The notes under the pieces: model-generated
What the model was told of the DNA's origin: nothing
The model's input: the letters and a program-made list of their open reading frames with translations, nothing else
Database searches by the model: none
Made by a program: the position numbers and the translations under genes
In this document: piece after piece, positions 28,941-36,686 of the stretch
Numbering within the stretch: the first letter of the stretch is position 1
How the letters are laid out: the number at the start of each line of letters is the position of its first letter
Source of the DNA: Clostridia bacterium
GTDB taxonomy: Bacteria > Bacillota > Clostridia > Oscillospirales > CAG-272
DNA: 64,000 bases
Reading direction: 5' to 3'
Assembly (NCBI GenBank): GCA_017531765.1
Contig: JAFXKJ010000019.1
Span: 18,660-82,659, forward strand

Positions 28941-30146
28941 TTACTTTCTGTCAATACGGAAGAGTCTCATCTGTCCTACGTGCATTACAACCTCGGAAGA
29001 GCTTTTATCTTTTTCCGTATAAAGATAACGCCACTCGTTTCCGTTCGCATATACTTCAGCTACACGGCACTTTTCGGGATCGAACACAAGCTCCCAAGAT
29101 GCTCTGAATTCAAGTGAAGAGTTGGCAATACAGATATATTCCTTACCGGCCTCATCCTCGAAGTAGCTGATCACACCCTCTTCGTAGCCTCTTACCGTAA
29201 CAAGGTCGTGGTCAGCGGGAGATGGCTGGGGATAAACGTTTCTTTCCTTGTAGCCTGTCATATATGTGCTCTTTCGTTTAAGCGACATAAAGAGTTCACC
29301 GTAATTTGCTCTAAAGCGTCGCTGAGCGCGGAGAATGTGGTAGTAAAGTTCTGTTTTATTGCCAAACTCGTCAATGGGCGAGCCGAAATAGTCAAATCCG
29401 ACAGGTCTGTCATAGAAGCGGAACCACATACCGCCGCGGCAACCGAGAGCAGCCGCAACGTTGATCTGCCAGTTTACCTCAGCCTCGTTTGGCGCGTGGA
29501 AAACGTCGTGAGCACTGCAAAGCATATTCGTCCAGACATCAACGCCCGCTTTTTCTGCCGCTTCAATGATGATCTTCATCTGAATAAGATAATCCTTGAC
29601 GCTGTAGTCGTCAAGCATGGGATAATAGGCATCCTGACTGACGAAATCAACGCCAAGCTTCTTGATTCTTTCAAACCATTCCTCGAGAGTCATGTCAAGG
29701 AGCTGGGAGGGAGTCTTAAACGCCATACCTCCGATGAGGTTTACGTACGGACTCAGCTCGGGAGCAATGGATTTCTGAACCTTGTAGCACTTGTCGCACA
29801 TCTCAAACTCAACTCGGTTATTGGGTTCGTCACCTGTAAAGAAACCGAACAGAGCAGGGTGTCCTTTGAGACACTCGTAGACTTTGCGGAAATTTTCAGC
29901 ATACTTCTCCTCGCCGTCTCTTTTCATGTATTGGAATGTGAAGTCCTCGTAGTTGATGATAAGCTGCATTCCAAGCTCATGAGCCTTGTCAAGATAAGGA
30001 ATCAGAAGTTCGGGCTCGTGCTTATCAATATATGTTCTCGGAGCAAAGGGTACTGTCAAACCTGCCTCAGCCCAGAGTATAAGCTCGTCGGGAGTGAAAT
30101 CGGTGATGGGATTATATATCCATGTGGAAAAAGGGAAGCGTGCCAT
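28941..30146 (-). CDS. uncharacterised cytoplasmic protein, tandem paralog 2 of 6
   Basis: 401 aa: FPFSTWIYN, HPALFGFFTGDEP, GCRGGMWFRFYDR, GSPIDEFGNKTE, GQMRLFRIDRK. Confidence 0.85.
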   Translation of the reverse strand: MARFPFSTWIYNPITDFTPDELILWAEAGLTVPFAPRTYIDKHEPELLIPYLDKAHELGMQLIINYEDFTFQYMKRDGEEKYAENFRKVYECLKGHPALFGFFTGDEPNNRVEFEMCDKCYKVQKSIAPELSPYVNLIGGMAFKTPSQLLDMTLEEWFERIKKLGVDFVSQDAYYPMLDDYSVKDYLIQMKIIIEAAEKAGVDVWTNMLCSAHDVFHAPNEAEVNWQINVAAALGCRGGMWFRFYDRPVGFDYFGSPIDEFGNKTELYYHILRAQRRFRANYGELFMSLKRKSTYMTGYKERNVYPQPSPADHDLVTVRGYEEGVISYFEDEAGKEYICIANSSLEFRASWELVFDPEKCRVAEVYANGNEWRYLYTEKDKSSSEVVMHVGQMRLFRIDRK

Positions 30147-30249
30147 ATTGTTACCGCCTTTTGGATAGATTATTTCAGGAACCTGTCAAACGGGACAGTT
30201 TATTTTTACAGAGGGCTTACTCATATTGGGTACGCCCTCTAAATTAACA

Positions 30250-31485
30250 TTACTTTCTGTCTATTCTGAAGAGTCTCATCTGACCGGGGATAAAAGAGAA
30301 GTCTCCGTAGGGACTGTTAAGGTCGGTAGGCGGGAAGTAGTCTACTCTCTTACCGTTAAGGATCATCTCGTGTACCTTACACTTTGACTCATCGTAGAAA
30401 ATCTTGTGAGATGAGATTCTGTCGCGGTGCATACTTACCATACACATATACTCAACGCCATTCTCGTCCTCGAAGAAGCTTACGACGGCATTGTCGTAAT
30501 TGCTGAGTCTGATAAGGTCGTGTGAGCCGTCAACGAACGCGGGATAAGCCTTGTAATCGATGCCGAGATGGAACGCTTTCTTGAACTTAAGGCTCATGAG
30601 AAGCTCGCCGAACTGATTGTTGAATCTCTGCTGACAACGCATGATAGCGTAGTAGTTTTCGGTTTTGTTACCGAACTCGTCAATGGGAGAACCGTAGTAA
30701 TCGTAACCCTCAACTCTGTCATAGAATCTGAACCACATAGCGCCGCGGCATCCGCAGGCAGCGGATGTGTTGATCATCCAACGGATATCGTTTTCTGTGG
30801 GGATCTTGTAAGCGTAGTGAGCGCTTGAAAGAAGATTATTCCAAACCTCGGGACCGCCAACCTTCATAGAGGTCTCTACCGCACCCTTCATAGCATGGAA
30901 GTAACCGGTGAGAAGGTTGTCGTTGATCATGGGACCGTAGTTGTCAAGAGTAACGAAGGATACTCCGAGATCCTGACCTATGTACTTCACCCATTCCTCG
31001 TAGGTCTTGCCTCTGAACTCGCTCGGCTCAAAGTCGGGAGTCTCACCTCTCAGGTTTACGAAGGGATGAAGCTCGGGAGCGACCTTTTTCTGAATTTCGT
31101 AGCAAAGAGTTACCGCGTCGAAGAACTGAGGACGCATAGGCTCGTCTGCAACGTAGAAGCCGTGAAGCGCGGGATGTGAGCCTATGATCTCATATGCCTC
31201 GCGGAAGAGCTTTTCGTAAGCCTCGGGACCCTGAGTGATAAGAACGGAATGATGAAAGTGTTCGTATGCCGGAAGACCCAGGTGACGGCAGTTTGCAATA
31301 AGCTTGATGCCTCTCTCTTCTGCTCTGTCAAGGAAGGGAATGAGTTCTTTTACCTGTTCGGTGTTGTAAACAGCGGGAGACATGGGGTGTGACATACCGC
31401 AGTCAGCCCACAGGTCAATCTCATCGGGAGTGAAATCGGTGTAGGGGTTGTATACCCACATTGTAAACGGAAATTTCTGTGCCAT
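30250..31485 (-). CDS. uncharacterised cytoplasmic protein, tandem paralog 3 of 6
   Basis: 411 aa: FPFTMWVYN, HPALHGFYVADEP, GCRGAMWFRFYDR, GSPIDEFGNKTE, GQMRLFRIDRK. Only 23 nt after paralog 4, so probably co-transcribed. Confidence 0.85.
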   Translation of the reverse strand: MAQKFPFTMWVYNPYTDFTPDEIDLWADCGMSHPMSPAVYNTEQVKELIPFLDRAEERGIKLIANCRHLGLPAYEHFHHSVLITQGPEAYEKLFREAYEIIGSHPALHGFYVADEPMRPQFFDAVTLCYEIQKKVAPELHPFVNLRGETPDFEPSEFRGKTYEEWVKYIGQDLGVSFVTLDNYGPMINDNLLTGYFHAMKGAVETSMKVGGPEVWNNLLSSAHYAYKIPTENDIRWMINTSAACGCRGAMWFRFYDRVEGYDYYGSPIDEFGNKTENYYAIMRCQQRFNNQFGELLMSLKFKKAFHLGIDYKAYPAFVDGSHDLIRLSNYDNAVVSFFEDENGVEYMCMVSMHRDRISSHKIFYDESKCKVHEMILNGKRVDYFPPTDLNSPYGDFSFIPGQMRLFRIDRK

Positions 31486-31508
31486 GATAGTATTCCTTTC
31501 GAAGAAAG

Positions 31509-32747
31509 TTATTTTTTGTCAATTCTGAAAAGTCTCATCTGACCGGGATAGAGGAAGAAGGTACAATCCTCAGCATCGGGATCATCGGATTTGTAGGGGA
31601 TTTCGGTTTTTCCGTTCATGATAAGCTCGGTGAGAGTGTACTTACTCTCGTCATAGGTGATCTTATATGCGGAATAATACTCTTTAATGAGAGTTGCGAG
31701 AGCAAAATACTCGTTTCCGTTTTCGTCCTCAAAGAAGCTGATGAGAGAATTCTCAAATGTCTTTATATCGAGAGAATCGTAGGTGTTCTTGTCAAAAACG
31801 GGATAAACTCCAAAGTCCTTGCAGATGTGGTAGGTGCTCTTTCTCTTAAGAGTCATCATAAGCTCGCCGTACTGATCGTTGAACATTCTCTGAGTGCGGA
31901 GCATTCCGTAATATGTGTCGGTCTTGTTGCCGTAGACGTCAATAGGAGAGCCGTAATACTCGTGACCCTGAAGTCTGTCGTAGAATCTAAACCACATTAC
32001 ACCGCGGCATCCGCAGAGTACAGCGGTATGAAGCTGCCAACGAAGGTCGATCTCACTTGTCAAGTGATATGCGTAGTGAGCGCTGGAAAGAAGGTTAGCC
32101 CAAACGTCGAGACTGCTGCCGGCCTTTTCGGAAGCGGCAATGTAATCTCTCATTGATCTGAGATATGAGGGGATAAGATTGTCGTTGATCATGGGACCGT
32201 ACTCATCAAGAGTTACGAAGCCTACACCGAGATCGTTGCCGATATAGTCTACCCATTCTTCAAATGTCCTGCCGTCGAAATAGGATGCGGGGAAGTAGGG
32301 AGTACCGTCGCGGTAATTTACGAAGGGATTGAGATGAGGTGCTACCTTTCTCATGATCTTGTAGCTTTCGGTAACTCCGTGCATAAACTGTTCACCGAGA
32401 GGCTCGTCACCGATATAGAAACCGTAAGTTGCGGGATGATTGCCCACAAGCTCAACGGCACGGCGGAAAAGTTCTTCATATCCTTCGGGACCGAGAACGT
32501 AGAAAGAGCTTATGTCAAGCTCCTGTCGTCTGATGAGGGAAAGCTCTTTACAGCAGATGATACACTTAAGCCCAAGCTCATCTGCTCGATCAAGGAAGGG
32601 AATAAGTGTAGGCAGCTCATCTACTGTCATAACCTTGGGGAGCATGGGATGAGTCATACCGCAATCTGCCCAAAGGTTTACTTCATCCGGTGTGAAGTCA
32701 CTTGGAGAGTTATAATTCCACATTGAAAAGGGAAATTTCTGTGCCAT
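31509..32747 (-). CDS. uncharacterised cytoplasmic protein, tandem paralog 4 of 6
   Basis: Start set at the conserved MAQKFPFSMWNYN (ATG 32747). The 37-codon track extension would run into the promoter at 32830-32858. Motifs: HPATYGFYIGDEP, GCRGVMWFRFYDR, GSPIDVYGNKTD, GQMRLFRIDKK. Confidence 0.85.
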   Translation of the reverse strand: MAQKFPFSMWNYNSPSDFTPDEVNLWADCGMTHPMLPKVMTVDELPTLIPFLDRADELGLKCIICCKELSLIRRQELDISSFYVLGPEGYEELFRRAVELVGNHPATYGFYIGDEPLGEQFMHGVTESYKIMRKVAPHLNPFVNYRDGTPYFPASYFDGRTFEEWVDYIGNDLGVGFVTLDEYGPMINDNLIPSYLRSMRDYIAASEKAGSSLDVWANLLSSAHYAYHLTSEIDLRWQLHTAVLCGCRGVMWFRFYDRLQGHEYYGSPIDVYGNKTDTYYGMLRTQRMFNDQYGELMMTLKRKSTYHICKDFGVYPVFDKNTYDSLDIKTFENSLISFFEDENGNEYFALATLIKEYYSAYKITYDESKYTLTELIMNGKTEIPYKSDDPDAEDCTFFLYPGQMRLFRIDKK

Positions 32748-32829
32748 GTTTATAAATTCCTTTCGAGGTTTTACTTTCGCATCAATGGAGCGAATAGCTT
32801 TTTTACGGTAACATTCGCCGTTTGAGTTC

Positions 32830-32858
32830 ATTATATCTGTAACGTGATGGATTGTCAA
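32830..32858 (-). promoter_or_regulatory. consensus sigma-A promoter of paralogs 4-3
   Basis: Minus strand reads TTGACA, 17-nt spacer, TATAAT. Confidence 0.75.
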
Positions 32859-32892
32859 TAGAATAAATGAAATTGCAAATGCTTTTTAATTC

Positions 32893-32930
32893 AAAAAATG
32901 CCCCAAACCAAAGGTAGTGGAGCATTTTTT
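32893..32930 (-). terminator. intrinsic terminator after paralog 5
   Basis: atgcccca/tggagcat stem (one mismatch) flanked by A6 and T6 runs; U-run follows on the minus strand. Confidence 0.7.
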
Positions 32931-32946
32931 GAATATTACTTTAATG

Positions 32947-34161
32947 TTACTTTCTGTCGATGCGGTAGATGCACATCTGACCTGGATAGAGCCACTGACC
33001 GTCCCAGTGATCTTTGGTGTTTCCAAAGTTATAAGGAGAACCCTGCTTTCCGTTGAAGAGAACTTCAATAAGGTCGCACTTCTCACGGTCAAAGAAGATC
33101 TTGTAAACACCGTTGGTGTTCTGATCTGCGTTAACAAGGCACATATATTCCTTGCCGTTTTCATCTTCGAAGAAGCTTACGATACCGTCGCGGTCAGCTC
33201 TGATCTCACTGACCATATCGTGAGTACCGTAGCCGAACATGGGGTATGTCGCTCTCTGCTTGCCGATAAAGTAAGCATCCTTGAATCTGAGAGACATGAG
33301 AAGCTCACCGTAGTGGTCGGCAAATCTTCTCTGACAGCGGAGGAGCTTGTAGAACTGCTCGGTCTTATATCCGTACTCGTCAATGGGAGAACCGTGATAG
33401 TTGGGACCGTGTGCTCTGTCATATAAACGGAACCAGAATACACCGCGACAGCCGAGAGCCGCACCTGTGGTGATTTGCCACATGATCTCGTATTCTGTGG
33501 GAACACGGAAATTGTAGTGCGCGCTGAGGAGGAAGCATCCCCAAATGTCGATCTTGGTGTACTTTGCGGCATCAACAATCGCCTTGATGGACTCGTAGTA
33601 CATATCGATATACTCGTCGGCTACCATCTGATTATACTGACTGAAGCTGAAGCTCATGTGACCCAGCTCGTCGGACAGGTCCTTCATCCAGTTGAAGAAA
33701 CTCTTGCCGCCGAACACTTCCTCGCTGAAGCCGGGAGTATGACCTGAGATGTTCATAAAGGGAGTAAGCTCGGGCGCGACCTTCTTCTGGATTCTGAGAC
33801 ATCTTTCGCTTGCTTCCATTATCTCACGGTTGCCGGGCTCGTCACCAACGTAGAAGCCGTAGAGTGCGGGATGACCTCCGAGAATACCGTATACCTCACG
33901 GAAACGAGCCTCGTACTCTTCATCAGTCATCTTAAGAATATCATAGTTGGTAAGTCCTACGATATTTGCAACCAGCTTGATGTCAAGCTTTTCAGCCTTG
34001 TCGAGGAAGGGGATAAGATCGGCAATATTGTGCTTGCCGTAGAAGGTCCTTTCCGTAACGGACAGAGAGATACCGCATTCCTTCCATCGGTCAAGCTCGT
34101 CGGGGGTGAAGTCACCGAGGACATTGTATATCCAGGTGCCAAAGGGGTATTTTTCAGCCAT
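32947..34161 (-). CDS. uncharacterised cytoplasmic protein, tandem paralog 5 of 6
   Basis: 404 aa: YPFGTWIYN, HPALYGFYVGDEP, GCRGVFWFRLYDR, GSPIDEYGYKTE, GQMCIYRIDRK. Colinear with paralog 6 without gaps. Confidence 0.85.
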   Translation of the reverse strand: MAEKYPFGTWIYNVLGDFTPDELDRWKECGISLSVTERTFYGKHNIADLIPFLDKAEKLDIKLVANIVGLTNYDILKMTDEEYEARFREVYGILGGHPALYGFYVGDEPGNREIMEASERCLRIQKKVAPELTPFMNISGHTPGFSEEVFGGKSFFNWMKDLSDELGHMSFSFSQYNQMVADEYIDMYYESIKAIVDAAKYTKIDIWGCFLLSAHYNFRVPTEYEIMWQITTGAALGCRGVFWFRLYDRAHGPNYHGSPIDEYGYKTEQFYKLLRCQRRFADHYGELLMSLRFKDAYFIGKQRATYPMFGYGTHDMVSEIRADRDGIVSFFEDENGKEYMCLVNADQNTNGVYKIFFDREKCDLIEVLFNGKQGSPYNFGNTKDHWDGQWLYPGQMCIYRIDRK

Positions 34162-34202
34162 GATTGAAAATCCTTTCTTGATAATAATATTTACTGATTT
34201 GA

Positions 34203-34231
34203 ATTATAGCAAATACTCCCCCGTTTGTCAA
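34203..34231 (-). promoter_or_regulatory. consensus sigma-A promoter of paralog 5
   Basis: Minus strand reads TTGACA, 17-nt spacer, TATAAT (TGc extended). Confidence 0.75.
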
Positions 34232-34289
34232 TCGTTTGATAAAAATCGATGAAAAACGGGAACAGCTTTCGGTGAAGAAAAGTCGGGGA

Positions 34290-34460
34290 ATTGAAATAGA
34301 TGGTTCTTAACGTAGGATGATAGATATTACGTAATGTTTGTAAGAACACATTTAGTCGCAACTGTTTCGCAAGTGAAACGATAGATCAACACCTCATCCA
34401 CCATTTCGCCGTCGAAATAGTCCCCCTTCCCCCGCTGGGGAAGGCTAATATGGGAGATGC
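34290..34460. repeat. mosaic hairpin-repeat insertion between paralogs 6 and 5
   Basis: Modules shared with 40.1-40.7 kb. agatggttcttaacgtagg (34298-34316) matches 40201-40220 and 40531-40550. actgtttcgcaagtgaaacg (34361-34380) matches 40181-40200 with 1 mismatch. acctcatccacc plus the ccttcccc/ggggaagg hairpin (34391-34444) matches 40594-40636. Confidence 0.8.
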
Positions 34461-34470
34461 TTGAATGAAT

Positions 34471-34498
34471 AAATCCCCCATGATTACATGAGGGATTT
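34471..34498 (-). terminator. hairpin after paralog 6 (weak terminator)
   Basis: aaatcccccatg/catgagggattt stem (one mismatch). The tail is only partly U-rich. Confidence 0.4.
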
Positions 34499-34510
34499 AA
34501 GAAAACTAAA

Positions 34511-35725
34511 TTACTTCTTGTCGATGCGGTAGATGCACATCTGACCGGGATAGAGCCACTGACCGTCCCAGTGATCCTTGGTGTTACCGTAGTGGTAGGG
34601 AAGGTCCTTCGTGCCGTTGAAGAGCACCTCAACAAGGTTGCACTTTTCACGGTCGAAATAGATCTTGAATACGCCGTCCTTCTTCTGATCGGCGTTTACG
34701 AGAACCATATACTCTGTCCCGTCCTCAGCCTTGTAAAAGCTTACGATAGCTTCTCTCTCAGCCTTGATCATCTCAACGTAATCGTGAGTGTCTGCGCCAA
34801 ACATGGGATAATCGGCTCTCTGCTTACCCATGAAGTACGTGCTCTGACGCTTCAGGGACATGAGAAGCTCACCGTAGTGATCGTTGAATCTTCTCTGACA
34901 GCGGAGGAGCTTATAGTACTGCTCGGTCTTGTATCCGTACTCGTCAACGGGTGATCCGTGATAGTTGGGGCCGTGCGCTCTGTCGTAGAAGCGGAACCAG
35001 TTCATACCGCGGCATCCGCAGGCGGCACTTGTTGTGATCTGCCACATGATGTCGTACTCAGAGGGAACTCTGAAGTGGTAGTGCGCGCTGAGAAGGAGAC
35101 AACCCCAAACGTCCACGTTTGCGGGGTCAGCCGCCTCAACGAGATTCTTGATGGAGTCGAAGTAGAAATCAATTCCTGCGTCATCGTTCATCTGCTCGTA
35201 CTGGCTAAAGCTGAAGTTGGAGAATCCTGTCTCCGCAGCAACGTCGTAGAGCCACTCCTTGAATGTCTTGCCGCTGAATACCTCAGTCTCAAAGAAGGGG
35301 CTTGCACCCTGAATGTTGATGTAGGGACGAAGCTCGGGAGCGATCCTCTTCTGGATTCTGAGACAAGCAACGGAGGCGTCGATCATCTCCTTGGTCGTGG
35401 GCTCGTCGCCAACGTAGAAGCCGTAAAGTGCGGGGTGACCTTTGACGATCTCATAAACCTCAGCGAAACGGCGCTCGTACTCCTCCTCGCCGATCTTAAC
35501 ATAGTCGTCGTTTGTAAGACCGACAATGTTGAAAATAAGCTTGATGCCCTTCTCATTGGCTCTGTCAAGGAAGGGAACGAGAGTTGTGATGTCGTGCTCA
35601 CCGTAGAAGGTTCTCTCAGTCATTGTGACGGTAAGACCGCACTCAGCCCACACGTCAACCTCTGTAGGTTCAAAATCTCCGCGGATATTATAGTTCCATA
35701 CGGAAAAAGGATATTTCTGTGCCAT
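34511..35725 (-). CDS. uncharacterised cytoplasmic protein, tandem paralog 6 of 6
   Basis: 404 aa: YPFSVWNYN, HPALYGFYVGDEP, GCRGMNWFRFYDR, GSPVDEYGYKTE, GQMCIYRIDKK. Confidence 0.85.
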   Translation of the reverse strand: MAQKYPFSVWNYNIRGDFEPTEVDVWAECGLTVTMTERTFYGEHDITTLVPFLDRANEKGIKLIFNIVGLTNDDYVKIGEEEYERRFAEVYEIVKGHPALYGFYVGDEPTTKEMIDASVACLRIQKRIAPELRPYINIQGASPFFETEVFSGKTFKEWLYDVAAETGFSNFSFSQYEQMNDDAGIDFYFDSIKNLVEAADPANVDVWGCLLLSAHYHFRVPSEYDIMWQITTSAACGCRGMNWFRFYDRAHGPNYHGSPVDEYGYKTEQYYKLLRCQRRFNDHYGELLMSLKRQSTYFMGKQRADYPMFGADTHDYVEMIKAEREAIVSFYKAEDGTEYMVLVNADQKKDGVFKIYFDREKCNLVEVLFNGTKDLPYHYGNTKDHWDGQWLYPGQMCIYRIDKK

Positions 35726-35799
35726 GTTTTCAGTTTCCTTTCAAAATAAAAGTGCCGAGTCTGAACGTCGGAGATAAGTGACCGTTTCAGACCGCCATA

Positions 35800-35829
35800 A
35801 TTATATCAAAAGCACTTGCTTTTTGTCAA
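35800..35829 (-). promoter_or_regulatory. near-consensus sigma-A promoter of paralog 6
   Basis: Minus strand reads TTGACA, 18-nt spacer, TATAAT (TGa extended). A leader hairpin gtctgaa/ttcagac is followed by a T-rich tract. Confidence 0.7.
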
Positions 35830-35897
35830 GTACGGAGGGAAAAATAATAAAACTCTGGAAATTTAGGAAAATTTGCTGCTTTTTCTGTATGCCTGTG

Positions 35898-35926
35898 TTT
35901 ACAACCAAGGTGAGATATGGTATAAT
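35898..35926 (+). promoter_or_regulatory. sigma-A promoter of the HD-domain gene
   Basis: TTTACA, 17-nt spacer, TATAAT (TGg extended). Divergent from the paralog 6 promoter. Confidence 0.65.
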
Positions 35927-35961
35927 AAATGTCAATATTTCGGTTGTGAGGGTTAAAGATA

Positions 35962-36555
35962 ATGGATGAAAAAAGATTGAAACAGCAGCTTGATTTTATT
36001 CTTGAAATTGACAAGGAAAAGAACATATTCAGACAAACTCATCTTACCGGATATACCAGGAGAGAAAACGACGCCGAGCACGCGTGGCACATGGCGATAA
36101 TGATATACCTGCTCCGCGAATACGCTGACGAGGACTTTGACGTTATGCGGGCTATGATGATGGCTCTTATCCACGATATCGTTGAGATAGATGCGGGAGA
36201 CACATATGCCTACGATGAAGTGAATCTCGCGACTCAGAAGGAGAGAGAGGACGCGGCATCGGAGCGTATTTTCGGTATACTTCCGACGGAGCAGAAAAAC
36301 GAGCTTCGGGAGCTTTTCCGCGAGTTTGAAGAGGGGAATACGCCCGAGGCGAGATTTGCCCGAGCCATGGACAATCTTCAGCCACTTCTTCTGAACGATT
36401 CCAACGGCGGTGTGGACTGGAGGGTGCACGGAGTGACACGTACTCAGGTCACGTCAAGGCAAAAGCGGACTCTCGGCGCGTCAAAGGTGCTGTGGGATTT
36501 TACCCATCGGTTGATTGACAAGAACGTAGAAGCGGGAAATATCAAGCCTGAGTGA
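35962..36555 (+). CDS. HD-domain phosphohydrolase (YfbR-like 5'-deoxynucleotidase family)
   Basis: ENDAEHAWHMA ... LIHDIVEIDAGD HD motif arrangement. Confidence 0.8.
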   Translation: MDEKRLKQQLDFILEIDKEKNIFRQTHLTGYTRRENDAEHAWHMAIMIYLLREYADEDFDVMRAMMMALIHDIVEIDAGDTYAYDEVNLATQKEREDAASERIFGILPTEQKNELRELFREFEEGNTPEARFARAMDNLQPLLLNDSNGGVDWRVHGVTRTQVTSRQKRTLGASKVLWDFTHRLIDKNVEAGNIKPE

Positions 36556-36599
36556 CCTGCCACTGCATAAAGTTCGGCTGATTATTGTATCTCACTTCG

Positions 36600-36628
36600 T
36601 TGACAATTCATAAAAGCTGTGATACAAT
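36600..36628 (+). promoter_or_regulatory. sigma-A promoter of proBAC
   Basis: TTGACA, 17-nt spacer, TACAAT (TGa extended). Confidence 0.7.
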
Positions 36629-36686
36629 ACCCATTATACAGCTCCCACAACGGGAGAATAGAAAAAATTGGGAAGGATACTTCCGT

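Noticed and set aside
32748-32858. N-terminal extensions in the ORF track: paralog 4 to 32858, zinc-ribbon gene to 15747, proB to 36585, PRTase to 47516, chrA to 9620, pdp to 25705, mntP to 48235, trxA to 48918.
   Set aside because: The extensions cross predicted promoters or terminators or overlap upstream genes. They lack an RBS and precede the positions where family-conserved N-termini begin.
35953-36429. 158-aa minus-strand ORF overlapping the HD-domain gene.
   Set aside because: It is antisense to a gene with a clear HD motif, has no motif of its own, and its start lies inside the opposite gene.
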